Source of the DNA: Candidatus Eiseniibacteriota bacterium
GTDB taxonomy: Bacteria; Eisenbacteria; RBG-16-71-46; CAIMUX01; VGJL01
Reading direction: 5' to 3'
Length of the DNA stretch: 64,000 nt
Assembly: GCA_963792585.1 (NCBI GenBank)
Contig: CAWBWI010000006.1
Coordinates: 352,001-416,000, forward strand
The position numbers were made by a program, and so were the translations under genes. This document shows, piece after piece, positions 24,127 to 34,643 of the stretch (position 1 is the first letter of the stretch; each line of letters starts with the position of its first letter). Below the pieces are notes generated by a model. That model saw only the letters and a program-made list of their open reading frames with translations, did not search any database and was not told the DNA's origin.

Positions 24127-25194
24127 TCAGCGCAAGTTCATGAAGTCGTTGAAGACCACCACCGCAATCAGCGCGAGCAGCAGGATCATCCCGACCTGTT
24201 GAACCCAGATCTTGAGCTTTGTCGAGAGCCGGCGGCGGCTCACGCCTTCGATGAGCACCAGAACGAGATGGCCGCCGTCGAGCGCCGGAATCGGCAGGAT
24301 GTTGATGAAGCCGATGTTCACGCTGATCAGTGCCAGGAACTCCAACAGGTCTCCGATGCCCCTACGCGCAACTTCACCGGTCATCTTCGCAATGCCGACG
24401 GGGCCTGCCATGTCCTTGATGGACGCTTGATGCGTGACCAGCTTGCCGATCCCCTCGGCAGTCCGTTCCAGGTACGACCAGGTTGCGATCCAGCCATAGA
24501 CGAAGGCGCGTCCCACGTCCATCCGCTCGTAGATCAGCATCGGGCCGATGCCGATCTTGCCGACCGGTGTGTCCTTTCCCCTCTGCTTCTCGCTCCGGGT
24601 GGTTAGGGTGACGTCCTTCGTATCGCCCGAGCGCTCGAACTCGATGCGGACCTCGCGCCCCGGCCGCTCGTAGATCGCACTGACGAGGTCCTCCCACTTC
24701 GCGACGGCCACGCCGTCCACGGAGAGGATCTTGTCGCCTCTTTGCAGGCCTGCCTTCGCCGCGGGGAGTCCGGCCATCGGGCTGTCGATCACCGTCCCGA
24801 CCTCGTCGGGAAGGGAGGGAACGCCCCGGGTCGCGTAGACCCCCCACAGCGCCACGGCGGCGAGGACCATGTTCATGATCACACCGGCGGAGACGACGAT
24901 GACCTTCTGCCAGCCCTTCTTGTTGATGAAGAGGCGGGGGTCGCTTGGATCGAATCCCTCGGGGTCGTCGAGCGACTCGTCGATCATTCCGGCCATCTTC
25001 ACGTAGCCGCCCAGGGGGATCCACGCGATCCGGTACTCTGTCTCCCCCCGTTGCCAGGCGACGATCTTCGGTCCGAAGCCGATCGAGAATCGGTCCACGC
25101 GGATACCGACAGCCCGAGCTGCCATGAAATGGCCCCACTCGTGGACCATGATGATGATCCCAACGACTACGATGAACGAAACGACGTATTCCAT
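24127..25194 (-). CDS. rseP: RIP metalloprotease RseP
   Basis: HEWGH, PLGGYVKM, PDZ domain, NILPIPALDGGH. Confidence 0.93.
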   Translation of the reverse strand: MEYVVSFIVVVGIIIMVHEWGHFMAARAVGIRVDRFSIGFGPKIVAWQRGETEYRIAWIPLGGYVKMAGMIDESLDDPEGFDPSDPRLFINKKGWQKVIVVSAGVIMNMVLAAVALWGVYATRGVPSLPDEVGTVIDSPMAGLPAAKAGLQRGDKILSVDGVAVAKWEDLVSAIYERPGREVRIEFERSGDTKDVTLTTRSEKQRGKDTPVGKIGIGPMLIYERMDVGRAFVYGWIATWSYLERTAEGIGKLVTHQASIKDMAGPVGIAKMTGEVARRGIGDLLEFLALISVNIGFINILPIPALDGGHLVLVLIEGVSRRRLSTKLKIWVQQVGMILLLALIAVVVFNDFMNLR

Positions 25195-25347
25195 CCGCTC
25201 TCCCGTCTAGTCCCGATCGATGATCCGGCCCGAAGGGCCGACGTTCCATGGTAGATGGCCGGCGCAGGGCTTACAAGGGCGCGGCGGCCCGTGTCGTTCC
25301 ACGCCGGCACGAGCCGCCCCAATGCCGCGCGTGCAGTCGCGGTTGCT

Positions 25348-26043
25348 CTAGTCCCTCCGGCCGCCCCCCAGGATCCCTGCCCGCATGAGGAAGTAGACCA
25401 GGGTGAGTACCGCGGTCGCGGCGGCGGCCACATAGGTCATCGCTGCCGCGGTGAGGACGCTCCGCGCCCCTCCGGCCTCGACCTCCGTGGAGACGATTCC
25501 TTCCGTGCGCACGACCGCCAGCGCCCTGCGCGAGGCATCGATCTCGACCGGCAGGGTGATCAGCTGGAAGAGCACGGCAGCCGAGAAGAGGACGATTCCT
25601 ACGTAGATCAACCCCATGGATTGAAAGATGAAGCCGATGATCAGGAGCGGCCACGCGAGGTTCGAACCGATCGAGGCGGCCGGAACGACGGCGGTGCGCC
25701 ACTGGAGGGGCAAGTAGTTCTGGGCGTGCTGCAGCGCGTGTCCGGCCTCGTGGGCGGCCACACCGATCGAAGCCAGCGAACGGCCGTCGTAAACCGCCGA
25801 AGAGAGCCTGAGCACCTTCGCGCGCGGATCGTAGTGGTCGGAAAGGAAACCGTTGACCCGCTCGACCTTCACCCCCAGACCGGCCCGCGAGACGATCCGT
25901 TCCGCCGCCTCCGCGCCGGAGAGCCCCGTGGACACCCCGACCTTCGACCACCGGCTGAAGGCGCTCTTGACCCAGATCTGCGCGATGATCGAGAAGAGCA
26001 TGGCCGGTCCAACGATCAGCAGATACATCGGATCGAATATCAT
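25348..26043 (-). CDS. Membrane zinc metallopeptidase (YugP/Zn_peptidase_2 family)
   Basis: LSDHYDP, AAHEAGHALQ, TLPVEIDAS.RA, AAAMTYVA. Confidence 0.9.
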   Translation of the reverse strand: MIFDPMYLLIVGPAMLFSIIAQIWVKSAFSRWSKVGVSTGLSGAEAAERIVSRAGLGVKVERVNGFLSDHYDPRAKVLRLSSAVYDGRSLASIGVAAHEAGHALQHAQNYLPLQWRTAVVPAASIGSNLAWPLLIIGFIFQSMGLIYVGIVLFSAAVLFQLITLPVEIDASRRALAVVRTEGIVSTEVEAGGARSVLTAAAMTYVAAAATAVLTLVYFLMRAGILGGGRRD

Positions 26044-26194
26044 CGGTCTTCACTCCTCCCTCGTTCGACACGTCTGCCGGGTGGACATTGAGAAACACCG
26101 GTCCGTCTGCTAGGTTCGACGGGACGAGGTTCGGCAGGGCCCGTGTTTCACGCTACCAGACCGGTGGAGAGGGGACAACACCGTCGCAAGCAAC

Positions 26195-26908
26195 ATGTCT
26201 ACGACGGGAGATCGCTGCGATCTGAGCATCGTCGTTCCGGTGAGGAACGACGCGGCGCGGATCCGCCCGACGCTCGAGGCGGTCTGCGGACACTTGTCCC
26301 ACCGGCGGGGGTGGGAAGTCCTCGTCGTCGACGATGCCAGCGACGACGACACCTGTGCCCAAGTCCTCGCGTTCTCTCTCGCTCAGCCCGCCGTGTTCCT
26401 GCTACGCGATCCGGCTCCGCTCGGCTGTGGATACGCCTCCCGACACGGGGTTAACCTCGCTCGCGGCCTGCGGATCGCGCTGATCTCCCCCGATCTCCCC
26501 GCGCCGATAGCCTCCCTCGATCGTCTCGAGACGGCGCTCGCCGAAGGTCACGACCTGGCGCTCCTCTCGTTCCGCACGGAACGGGATCGTCCCATGCCGC
26601 CCGTGCGGATTCGCAGCGAGTTGGTCCGCGCCCTGCTGACGGCTGCGCCGAAGCCGGAGGCGTCCGGAGATCCGCAGCGTCCGCGCCTCTTCCAGCTGTA
26701 CCGCCGCCGCGCGGCCGTGGAGCTGTTCCGGCGCCAGCGGCTGCACGGCCCGAGCTTCGCGGTGGAGATCCTCTATCTCGCCCGCCGCTACGGGTATTCG
26801 GTGCTGGAGGTCGGAAGCGCCGGAGGACGGAAACGTTCCGTCGATGCCGGCGAGGTTCGCGAACTCCTCAAGATCCGGATGCACCGTCTCCGCGGCGACT
26901 ACGGTTGA
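26195..26908 (+). CDS. GT2 glycosyltransferase-like protein (polyprenol-phosphate sugar synthase type, divergent)
   Basis: LSIVVPVRN, VVDDASDDDT, FAVEILYLARRYG. Confidence 0.75.
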   Translation: MSTTGDRCDLSIVVPVRNDAARIRPTLEAVCGHLSHRRGWEVLVVDDASDDDTCAQVLAFSLAQPAVFLLRDPAPLGCGYASRHGVNLARGLRIALISPDLPAPIASLDRLETALAEGHDLALLSFRTERDRPMPPVRIRSELVRALLTAAPKPEASGDPQRPRLFQLYRRRAAVELFRRQRLHGPSFAVEILYLARRYGYSVLEVGSAGGRKRSVDAGEVRELLKIRMHRLRGDYG

Positions 26909-27786
26909 TGCCGATGGACCGGATCTACTTCGGGGAGAACCTCGCGATCCTTCGGGGAATGCGGGGAGGATGGGCAGACCTGATCTACATCGATCCACCC
27001 TTCAACACCGGGCGCCCCCGCAAGCATGTCCAGCTCGCAACCCGCTCCGCGCCCGATGGCGACCGCACGGGATTCCAGGGCCGCCGCTACGCGTCGACAC
27101 GCGTCGGCTCGCGGAGTTTCGCAGACTTCTTCGACGACTATCTGGCGTTCCTCGAGCCGCGGCTGATCGAGGCGCATCGTTTACTGGCGCCGCACGGGAC
27201 CCTCTACTTCCACATCGACTATCGTGAGGTTCACTACTGCAAGCTCCTCCTCGACGCGATATTCGGCAGGGACCGTTTCCTGAACGAAGTGATCTGGGCG
27301 TACGACTACGGAGGACGCACCCGCCGCCGCTGGCCGCCCAAGCACGACACCATCTTGGTCTATGTGAAGGACCCGAAGCGCTACGTCTTCAACGCGGAGG
27401 CGGTCGATCGAATTCCCTACATGGCCCCCGACCTCGTCGGCCCCGAGAAGGCTCTGCGCGGCAAGTTGCCGACCGACACCTGGTGGCACACGATCGTTGC
27501 GACCGGTGGACGCGAGAAGACCGGCTACCCCACGCAGAAACCCCTGGGAATCATCAAGCGAATCATCGTCGCCTCGTCGAATCCCGGCGATCGCGTTCTG
27601 GACTTCTTTGCCGGAAGCGGCACGACGGGCGAGGCGTGCCGCCTGCTCGGCCGGCGCTTCGTCCTGATCGACAACAACCCCGAGGCGATCGAGGTGATGG
27701 GGCGTCGTTTCTCCGACCTCGACGGCATCGAGTGGATCGGCGGTCCACAGCCGTCGAAGCGCGCCGCGCGGAAGGCTCGCAGGTGA
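26905..27786 (+). CDS. Site-specific N6A/N4C DNA methyltransferase (beta class)
   Basis: IYIDPPF, YPTQKP, DFFAGSGTT. Confidence 0.92.
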   Translation: MMPMDRIYFGENLAILRGMRGGWADLIYIDPPFNTGRPRKHVQLATRSAPDGDRTGFQGRRYASTRVGSRSFADFFDDYLAFLEPRLIEAHRLLAPHGTLYFHIDYREVHYCKLLLDAIFGRDRFLNEVIWAYDYGGRTRRRWPPKHDTILVYVKDPKRYVFNAEAVDRIPYMAPDLVGPEKALRGKLPTDTWWHTIVATGGREKTGYPTQKPLGIIKRIIVASSNPGDRVLDFFAGSGTTGEACRLLGRRFVLIDNNPEAIEVMGRRFSDLDGIEWIGGPQPSKRAARKARR

Positions 27787-29372
27787 ACCGCGACGCGGCG
27801 ACCGGCGGGATGCGCGCGGCAACGCCCGGATCGGGCTCCGTGGGGTCGCGCGGAGCGACGGGACCGCGCTTCCCCCGCCCTTCACGCTGGTCCTTCCTCG
27901 GGGAACCCGCCGTCTGGATTCTCTTCGGGCTGGCGCTCGCCGAGCGCCTCGCATGTCTCATCGGTAGCAACGACCACACATGGCCGTTCTCGATCTTCTA
28001 CGAAGGCGACGCGGAGGCGTTCTACAACTACGCGCAGGCGATGATCGCGGGCAGGCCCTACGACAATGGGATTCCGTTCCACCCGCCGCTCTTCCCGGCG
28101 CTGCTCTCGGTCCTCCACCGACTGATCGGGAGCCCTGTCTCGCACGAACTCCTCCGCAGCATCCTCGGCACGCTGAGCGCGGTCGTGCCTCCGGCCCTCT
28201 ACATCGGCTTGCGGGGCGCAATCGGTCGCGGCGCCGCGCTCGCCGCCGCGCTGCTCGCCACCTTTTCCTTCGGTCTCGACATCCTCGGAGTCTCGGCGAC
28301 GAGCGAAGGGCTGTATCTGTTCCTCGCGCTCGCGCTGCTGGGCGTCGCCCTATCGGAAGCGCTGCCGGGACGCCCCGGAATCGCCCGGGGCGCGGCGCTT
28401 GGACTGCTGACGGGCCTGCTGGGTCTCGCGCGCGCCGAGGGGCTCGCGGTCGGGTTCTTCGTTCTCGCGGTCTGGATCGGTCCATCCCTGCGCGCCGCTC
28501 CCCGCCGCTTTGCGCCTGCGACGATCGCGTGGCTGATCGGCCTGCTCGTCGCCCTCGCACCTTCGACCATTCGAAACGCGGAGGCTCTCTCGGACTGGAA
28601 TGCCCGCACCGGTCAGGCGCTCGGCGCGCACATCCCGACCTTCGCGCCCATCACCTCTTACGGCCCGCTGAACTTCGCCCTCGCGAACAACGCGCAGGCG
28701 ACGGGCGGATTCCAGCGCTCGCTACTGACGTCACGCGAACACGAAGCGGTGCTCGACCTCGCGGACCCCCAGCACCGCCACTACTTCCTCAACGGAACGC
28801 AGGAGGGGCTGCGCTGGATCACGGGACACCCGGGGGCCTTTCTCTCGCTCGCCGGGCGCAAGCTCGGCATCATCACCCGCGCCCTCGATCTTGGCTGGTC
28901 CCCCTGGAACTTTCCCCTGGGGCGGACCGGGACCCGGCGTCCCGTCGATCTCTTCGCACCCGATGCAAGCGGACTGCGTTTCGTTCAATTGTTCGCTCTG
29001 GGGGCCGGGATCTGGTTGCTGATCCGCGGCCGCAAGACGCGGACTCTGCTCCTGCTCGCCTGCCCGATCGCGGGGGCGCTGCTCGCCGGATCGCTCTTCT
29101 TCGGCTACGTCCGCCTGGGCGCGGTCGTCCTACCCTTCGCCTTCGCGCTCGAAGGGGTCGCGATCGCACACGTCGCGGGGCGGTTTCCCGAGCGCCTGCG
29201 CGTCCGGCTCGGAAGGGGGATGGTCCCGCGAGTCCTCGCCGCCACCGCCCTCGCCCTTCTCATCTTCGCGATGGCGCAGGATCGCAACTACAATGCGAGC
29301 GGATCCAGCCAGCGCCCCGGCGGGCAACTCATCCGGGACGCGGAGATGAAGATCGCGCCCCTGAATGACTAG
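27783..29372 (+). CDS. GT-C fold membrane glycosyltransferase (ArnT/PMT-like)
   Basis: GDAEAFY...A, FHPPLFP, SEGLY and many TMs; GTGA overlap with the MTase stop. Confidence 0.75.
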   Translation: MNRDAATGGMRAATPGSGSVGSRGATGPRFPRPSRWSFLGEPAVWILFGLALAERLACLIGSNDHTWPFSIFYEGDAEAFYNYAQAMIAGRPYDNGIPFHPPLFPALLSVLHRLIGSPVSHELLRSILGTLSAVVPPALYIGLRGAIGRGAALAAALLATFSFGLDILGVSATSEGLYLFLALALLGVALSEALPGRPGIARGAALGLLTGLLGLARAEGLAVGFFVLAVWIGPSLRAAPRRFAPATIAWLIGLLVALAPSTIRNAEALSDWNARTGQALGAHIPTFAPITSYGPLNFALANNAQATGGFQRSLLTSREHEAVLDLADPQHRHYFLNGTQEGLRWITGHPGAFLSLAGRKLGIITRALDLGWSPWNFPLGRTGTRRPVDLFAPDASGLRFVQLFALGAGIWLLIRGRKTRTLLLLACPIAGALLAGSLFFGYVRLGAVVLPFAFALEGVAIAHVAGRFPERLRVRLGRGMVPRVLAATALALLIFAMAQDRNYNASGSSQRPGGQLIRDAEMKIAPLND

Positions 29373-29456
29373 GGCGGGGACGGACGCAGGTCGGCGCCGC
29401 GCCTCCTCCACGCCTCGGCCCGACGATCCGCCGCGAACGCAACAGCCCTCGAATTG

Positions 29457-31577
29457 CTATCGAATCAGATCTCTCGGAGGCTCCTCGCCGGCCACGACGC
29501 GATCGATGTGCCGCCGGTAGTTGAGGATCGTGACGCTCTTGGGCGCCCGTTCGGCGGCGCGCGCGGCAGCCGCCTGGGCAGCGGTAAGCCCGTTCGGGAT
29601 CGGGGGACCGCCCCGCGTCGCCTCGCGCGCCTCGAGCGCCATCGCGAGGGCGTGGTAGTACATTCCATCCTTGTCGCCCCGGACCGAGCGTCCGAGCGAC
29701 TCGACGGCGTCGTCCCAACGGCCCAGGGATGCGCAGACCAGCCCGATGTAGTAGTCGTATTGAGGATCGGGCCGCAGCGCGATCGCGCGGCGGAACGCGT
29801 CGAGCGCCTCGTCGAGATTCCCTTGCCGAAACGCCGCGTACCCGAAGCCGGCCCACACTTCCGGATCGGGTGAGCGGATCGGAGCGAGCTTGCGATAGAG
29901 CTCGAGCGCGAGGGCGTAGTCATCGGCCTGCATGGCGAGCTTGGCCTTCAGGTCGAGCGCCATCCAGTTGTCCGGATCGAGGCGGAGCGCCTCATCGAAC
30001 TGCTCATGAGCCTCCCGGGTCCGACCGAGGGCGAGGAAGTTCGTGCCCAGCAGGATCCGCGTCCGCGCGTTCCGCGGATAGGTCCGAACGCTCTCCTCGT
30101 AGAGGGGAAGGGAGCGCTTCAGGTCCCCGCGATCGCGGAAGTACTTGGCCAGTTCCTCCGTCGCGTAGGCTCGCTGAAACGCCGGGAAGTCGGTCCGCAT
30201 CTCCGTGAAACGCTCGACGGAAGCCTCCCGCGTAGCGTTCACGGCAAACCACGGAAACGCGATCAGGAGAGCCACCCACGGTGCGGCGAACCGAATCGTC
30301 GGCAGGAGTTGATTCTTCTCCTCGACCGCGATCTCCCGCTCCCCCAGCCTCGCGGCGAGCCAGCAGAACCCCGCGACGTGGGGGGCGAAGATGTCCCAGT
30401 CTCGCGCGCTGCCCAGTTTGCGATCCAGGACGAGGAAGACCGCCGCGAAGCAGCCGAGTTGGATCAAGAGGAACGCGAACTCGGGTTCCCGCCAGCGGCG
30501 GCGCAGTTCACCGGCGCAGGCCGTCATCATCCACCCCGCCACCGGCGTGACGAGGAGCATCCAATTGACGAGGTCCTTCCAGTGACGGAAGGTCAACAGG
30601 CCATGGGTGCCGGTCAGCCCGACCAGCATCGAGCGCTGGTTCTTGCTCTCGAGGAACTCGTGGCGGAACCAGCCGGCATCGAAACCGGCCACGACGTGCG
30701 CGAGCAAACCGACGGCCGGGATGATCAGGGCGGGGAGCACGATGGCCGCTGCCCATCCGCCTCGCGCCGCCTTGCGCGGTCCCGGCTTCGCGATGAGCCA
30801 GACCAGCGCGGGCAGGGCCAGAACGGCCATCAGGTGGAAGAAGAGGGCGAGCCCGAAGAAGAACCCGGGCACCCACGGCCGCACCTCGCCCCGTAGCGCC
30901 ATCGCTCCGGACCAGAGGAACCCCATCATGGCCACGGCGAGGAAACCGTACGACTCGACATATCCGCAGAAGAGCAGCGTCGAGGCGGATAGGGTCCAGA
31001 GAAGGAAGATCAGTGTCCGTGTCTCGACGGAGAGCCTGCTGCGGCGCAACAGGAACAGCGCCGTGAAGACGCCGAAGGCGCCGGCGATCACACTCCCCCA
31101 CGCGTAGAGTCGGAACGATGCGCCCATGTCACCGACCTTGCCAAGGGCCTGGAGAGCGAGCCGGTGCAGCAGGTAGTCCATCCCGTCGTGCGCGCGAAAC
31201 TCCGCGCCCCGCCCCGCCAGCTCGCCGACCAGGACGCCGTCACCCAGCAGATGGGTCGGGGTCCTGAGGAGCACGAAGACCACCGTGAGGACCAGGGTCA
31301 CGACGACGGCCGGAATCCACGAGCGGCCGAAGAGCGCCCCTCCCACATGGCCGTAGGCGAAGCGGATGACGAGACGCCGCCAAGGCGGAATCAAGAGGAG
31401 CACCCAGCCGAGGATCGAGACGAACCACGCATAGCTCGGCAAGTAGGCGAGCAGGTGGATGCCCCAGCCGAGGGTCGGGGAGACGAAGCGCCCCACGATC
31501 GGCAGGAGCCCCAACGCGAGCAGGCCCACGACGAGCGCACGCCGACCCACGCTGGTTTCGCTTGCTGCCTCGACCAC
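29457..31577 (-). CDS. Multi-pass membrane protein (GT-C-like) with C-terminal TPR repeats
   Basis: Roughly a dozen TMs with LLGDG, GYVESY and RDWD motifs, then TPR helices. Confidence 0.7.
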   Translation of the reverse strand: MVEAASETSVGRRALVVGLLALGLLPIVGRFVSPTLGWGIHLLAYLPSYAWFVSILGWVLLLIPPWRRLVIRFAYGHVGGALFGRSWIPAVVVTLVLTVVFVLLRTPTHLLGDGVLVGELAGRGAEFRAHDGMDYLLHRLALQALGKVGDMGASFRLYAWGSVIAGAFGVFTALFLLRRSRLSVETRTLIFLLWTLSASTLLFCGYVESYGFLAVAMMGFLWSGAMALRGEVRPWVPGFFFGLALFFHLMAVLALPALVWLIAKPGPRKAARGGWAAAIVLPALIIPAVGLLAHVVAGFDAGWFRHEFLESKNQRSMLVGLTGTHGLLTFRHWKDLVNWMLLVTPVAGWMMTACAGELRRRWREPEFAFLLIQLGCFAAVFLVLDRKLGSARDWDIFAPHVAGFCWLAARLGEREIAVEEKNQLLPTIRFAAPWVALLIAFPWFAVNATREASVERFTEMRTDFPAFQRAYATEELAKYFRDRGDLKRSLPLYEESVRTYPRNARTRILLGTNFLALGRTREAHEQFDEALRLDPDNWMALDLKAKLAMQADDYALALELYRKLAPIRSPDPEVWAGFGYAAFRQGNLDEALDAFRRAIALRPDPQYDYYIGLVCASLGRWDDAVESLGRSVRGDKDGMYYHALAMALEAREATRGGPPIPNGLTAAQAAAARAAERAPKSVTILNYRRHIDRVVAGEEPPRDLIR

Positions 31578-31625
31578 AAAGACCTCCGACCTGCCTCCGC
31601 TTCCCGCCGACTCACGCGCCCCGGA

Positions 31626-32273
31626 TTATGCCGAGACGGGCGCGATCCCCGCGAGTTGTTTCTCGAACCAGCGGATGTATTGCCGCTCCCCCGACGCGCG
31701 TCGGCGGATCGCCTCGCAGGCCGTCCGATGCAGGACACCGGCCGCACCCTCACGCAGTTCTCCCTTGGGGGTCGCGAGCGCTTCGGGGATCGTCAGGTAG
31801 ACGGGGGCGTAGTCGACCAGGATTCGATCACGGGCGAGCGAGTAGACGTCGCAGCTTCGCTCTCCCATCGGCACCAGGCCCCGCCCCTGGAGCAAGTGGA
31901 CGAGCTCGTGCGCGATCGTCTGGTAGCAGAGCCCTCGGGGATTGAGCCAGATCTCGGGTCCCTCGAGGCTTGCGTACCCCTGAGCCCCGCGCGCGATGCC
32001 GACCTTGATCTGGGTACCTGCGAGTTCGGGGAAGAACTGCAGGGCGAAGCGCACCATACGGACGATTCGCGGCTTCGAGGGATGATCCAGGAGGGCGCGT
32101 GTGAGAAGCGGCCCCTCGTAACCCGGCGGGGGCGGCTCCCCCACGAACGCCAGGCTCAACTGAATCGGAGCCGGATCGGTCCCTCTACGCGCTGCCCGCA
32201 TGGCCCGAGTGTACCGGATGAATCCCTCGAGACGGTCCGGCGCCTTCAACGCATTCCCCCATCCCCCTGTCAT
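31626..32273 (-). CDS. Hypothetical protein with HExxH motif
   Basis: TIAHELVHLLQ followed by ERSCD; start uncertain (perhaps 32201). Confidence 0.6.
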   Translation of the reverse strand: MTGGWGNALKAPDRLEGFIRYTRAMRAARRGTDPAPIQLSLAFVGEPPPPGYEGPLLTRALLDHPSKPRIVRMVRFALQFFPELAGTQIKVGIARGAQGYASLEGPEIWLNPRGLCYQTIAHELVHLLQGRGLVPMGERSCDVYSLARDRILVDYAPVYLTIPEALATPKGELREGAAGVLHRTACEAIRRRASGERQYIRWFEKQLAGIAPVSA

Positions 32274-32527
32274 GTGGAGTTGCAGACCCAGCGTGCCACG
32301 GGGATCCCAAGCAACGACCGGGCCAGCCCAGGGAACGCTTGCCCGATCCCCATGTGTGGACCCCCCCGGCAGCCTCGTGTACGATGGCGCGGGCGGAAGT
32401 GGGTCTGCCCACGGCGGCTGTGGGGTTATCCAGAGGAAGCCCCGGCGCGCCCGCCGTGTGAGGGGGGAACGAGGGGTCCGACGCGCCTACCTCCATTCGA
32501 AGCACCCTAGAAAGGAACGATGCCTGC

Positions 32528-34477
32528 ATGAGCAAGTCGAGCGGCCCTCCCGCGACCGGCACGCCTGCGGCAGACGCCGGTCATGGCGAGGAGATGGCGC
32601 GCCTTCCCATCGAAGGCTTCAAGGGCACACCCGAAGAGATCGAGCAACAGTGGTACGATCAGGTCTACAAGGGCCGGGGCGACAGCATGCTCCAGCTCAC
32701 CTGGCGCGCCGTCATCATGGGATCGGTCCTCGGCGGCGTTCTCTCCCTGACGAACCTCTACATCGGGCTCAAGGCGGGATGGGGCTTCGGGGTAGCCATC
32801 ACCGCCTGCATCCTCTCCTATGCCATCTGGACCTTCTTCTACAAGGTCCGCATCGCCAAGAGCCCGATGACGATCCTCGAGAACAACTGCATGCAGTCGA
32901 CCGCCAGCTCCGCCGGCTACTCCACGGGCGGGACGCTCGTCTCGGCCTTCGCCGCCTACATTCTCCTCAATGAACGAACGATGCCGGTTCCGATCATGAT
33001 GGGCTGGGTTTTCTTCCTGGCCATCCTGGGCGTCACGATGGCGATCCCGATGAAGCGGCAGATGATCAACATCGAGCAACTCCGCTTTCCAAGCGGGATC
33101 GCGGCCGCGGAGACCTTGCGCGCACTCCATTCGACCGGCTCGAAGGGAATGATGTCGGCGCGCGCCCTCGGGTGGGCCGGTCTCTTCGGCCTCGTGAGCA
33201 AGTTCTGGACGGAGGGTCTCGTCGAGATCAGCGCGAAGCTCGAACCGCTCATGCTCGGGACGTGGGTCGCCACCATGAACCAGAAGCTCTTCGGCCCCTC
33301 GTGGATGGGTCGGACCGTGCTCTTCTCCTGGGAACCGATGTTCATCGCGGCCGGCGCGATCACCGGCCTGCGCGTCTGCGTCTCAATGCTCCTCGGCAGC
33401 GTCCTCTGCTGGATGGTCTTCGCTCCATGGCTCCAGGCCCACGGCTACGTCGACGCCGCGGGAGGATACCGCGCGATCGTCAGCTGGACCTTGTGGGCCG
33501 GCACCGCCTGCATGGTGACCTCGGGACTCCTTGCCTTCGCGATGCAGTGGAAGAGCGCGGCGCGCGCCTTCAGTTCGATCGGAACGATGTTCAAGGCGTC
33601 CGGCGGCGCGAAGGTCACATCGGCGCTCGAATCGATCGAGGTGCCCCCGTCGTGGTTCTTCGCGGGGCAGGCGATCGGGTTCGCGGGCCTCGCCATCATG
33701 GGGCACATGACCTTCCACATGCCATACTGGCAGACTTTGATCGCAGTGGTCCTCTCCTTCGCGCTGGCCCTCGTCGCCTGCCGCGTGACCGGAGAGACCG
33801 ACACGACCCCCGTCGGCGCAATGGGGAAGATCACCCAGCTGACCTTCGGCGCGGTGAGCCCCGGCAACATGAACGTCAACTTGATGAGCGCGAACGTCAC
33901 GGCCGCGGCGGCCGGCGCTTCGGCCGACCTCCTGACGGACCTCAAGAGCGGTTACCTGCTCGGCGCGCACCCCAGGAAGCAGTTCATCGCGCAGTTCGCG
34001 GGGATCTTCGTCGGGACGCTGATTCCGGTCCTGGTCTTCAATATCCTCGTGCCGAACAGCAGCGTCCTCGGCTCCGATCAGTTCCCCGCCCCCGCCGCCC
34101 AGACGTGGAAGGCGGTCGCCGAGGCGTTGAGCCGCGGCCTTGCCGCCCTCGAGCCGGTCAAGGTCTGGTGCATCGCGATCGGCGGACTCGTCGGGATCAT
34201 CCTTCCGCTTCTGTCCAAGGCTTTCCCGAAGGCGAGCAAGTGGATCCCGTCCGCGGCCGGGCTCGGGCTCGCGTGGACATTCCACTGGTACTACGGCCTG
34301 CTCTTCTTCCTCGGCGCCGTGATCGGCTGGATCGTCGAGAAGAAGTATCCGAAGTGGTCGGAGGACTACACCTTCCCGGTGGCCTCCGGCGTGATCGCGG
34401 GCGAGAGCCTGATGGGTGTGGTGCTCGTGATCTGGCACAACGGCCCGGAGATGATCAAGAAGATCCTGGGGATGTGA
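32528..34477 (+). CDS. OPT-family oligopeptide transporter
   Basis: NLYIGLKAGW, LENNCMQS, LRFPSG, DLKSGYLLG, APAA..W. Confidence 0.92.
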   Translation: MSKSSGPPATGTPAADAGHGEEMARLPIEGFKGTPEEIEQQWYDQVYKGRGDSMLQLTWRAVIMGSVLGGVLSLTNLYIGLKAGWGFGVAITACILSYAIWTFFYKVRIAKSPMTILENNCMQSTASSAGYSTGGTLVSAFAAYILLNERTMPVPIMMGWVFFLAILGVTMAIPMKRQMINIEQLRFPSGIAAAETLRALHSTGSKGMMSARALGWAGLFGLVSKFWTEGLVEISAKLEPLMLGTWVATMNQKLFGPSWMGRTVLFSWEPMFIAAGAITGLRVCVSMLLGSVLCWMVFAPWLQAHGYVDAAGGYRAIVSWTLWAGTACMVTSGLLAFAMQWKSAARAFSSIGTMFKASGGAKVTSALESIEVPPSWFFAGQAIGFAGLAIMGHMTFHMPYWQTLIAVVLSFALALVACRVTGETDTTPVGAMGKITQLTFGAVSPGNMNVNLMSANVTAAAAGASADLLTDLKSGYLLGAHPRKQFIAQFAGIFVGTLIPVLVFNILVPNSSVLGSDQFPAPAAQTWKAVAEALSRGLAALEPVKVWCIAIGGLVGIILPLLSKAFPKASKWIPSAAGLGLAWTFHWYYGLLFFLGAVIGWIVEKKYPKWSEDYTFPVASGVIAGESLMGVVLVIWHNGPEMIKKILGM

Positions 34478-34643
34478 TCCGCGCCGGCCGGGCGGACTCC
34501 GCCCCGGCCGGCAGTTCCTCCTGAGGGCGCTTGGGACGCGGTTCGCGCGTCTCCCCGGCGCCCTCCCCCATTTTCCTGCGACCGCGGGCCCCCCTTCAGG
34601 TGTCTCCCAATTGCGGGCGTAGAATCGTCTTCGTCGCCTGCGG

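Noticed and set aside
32420..32470. TTATCCAGAG upstream of the OPT transporter as a SAM-I riboswitch
   Set aside because: The remaining conserved core (GAGGGA..GGCCC, GCAACC, GTGC) is absent
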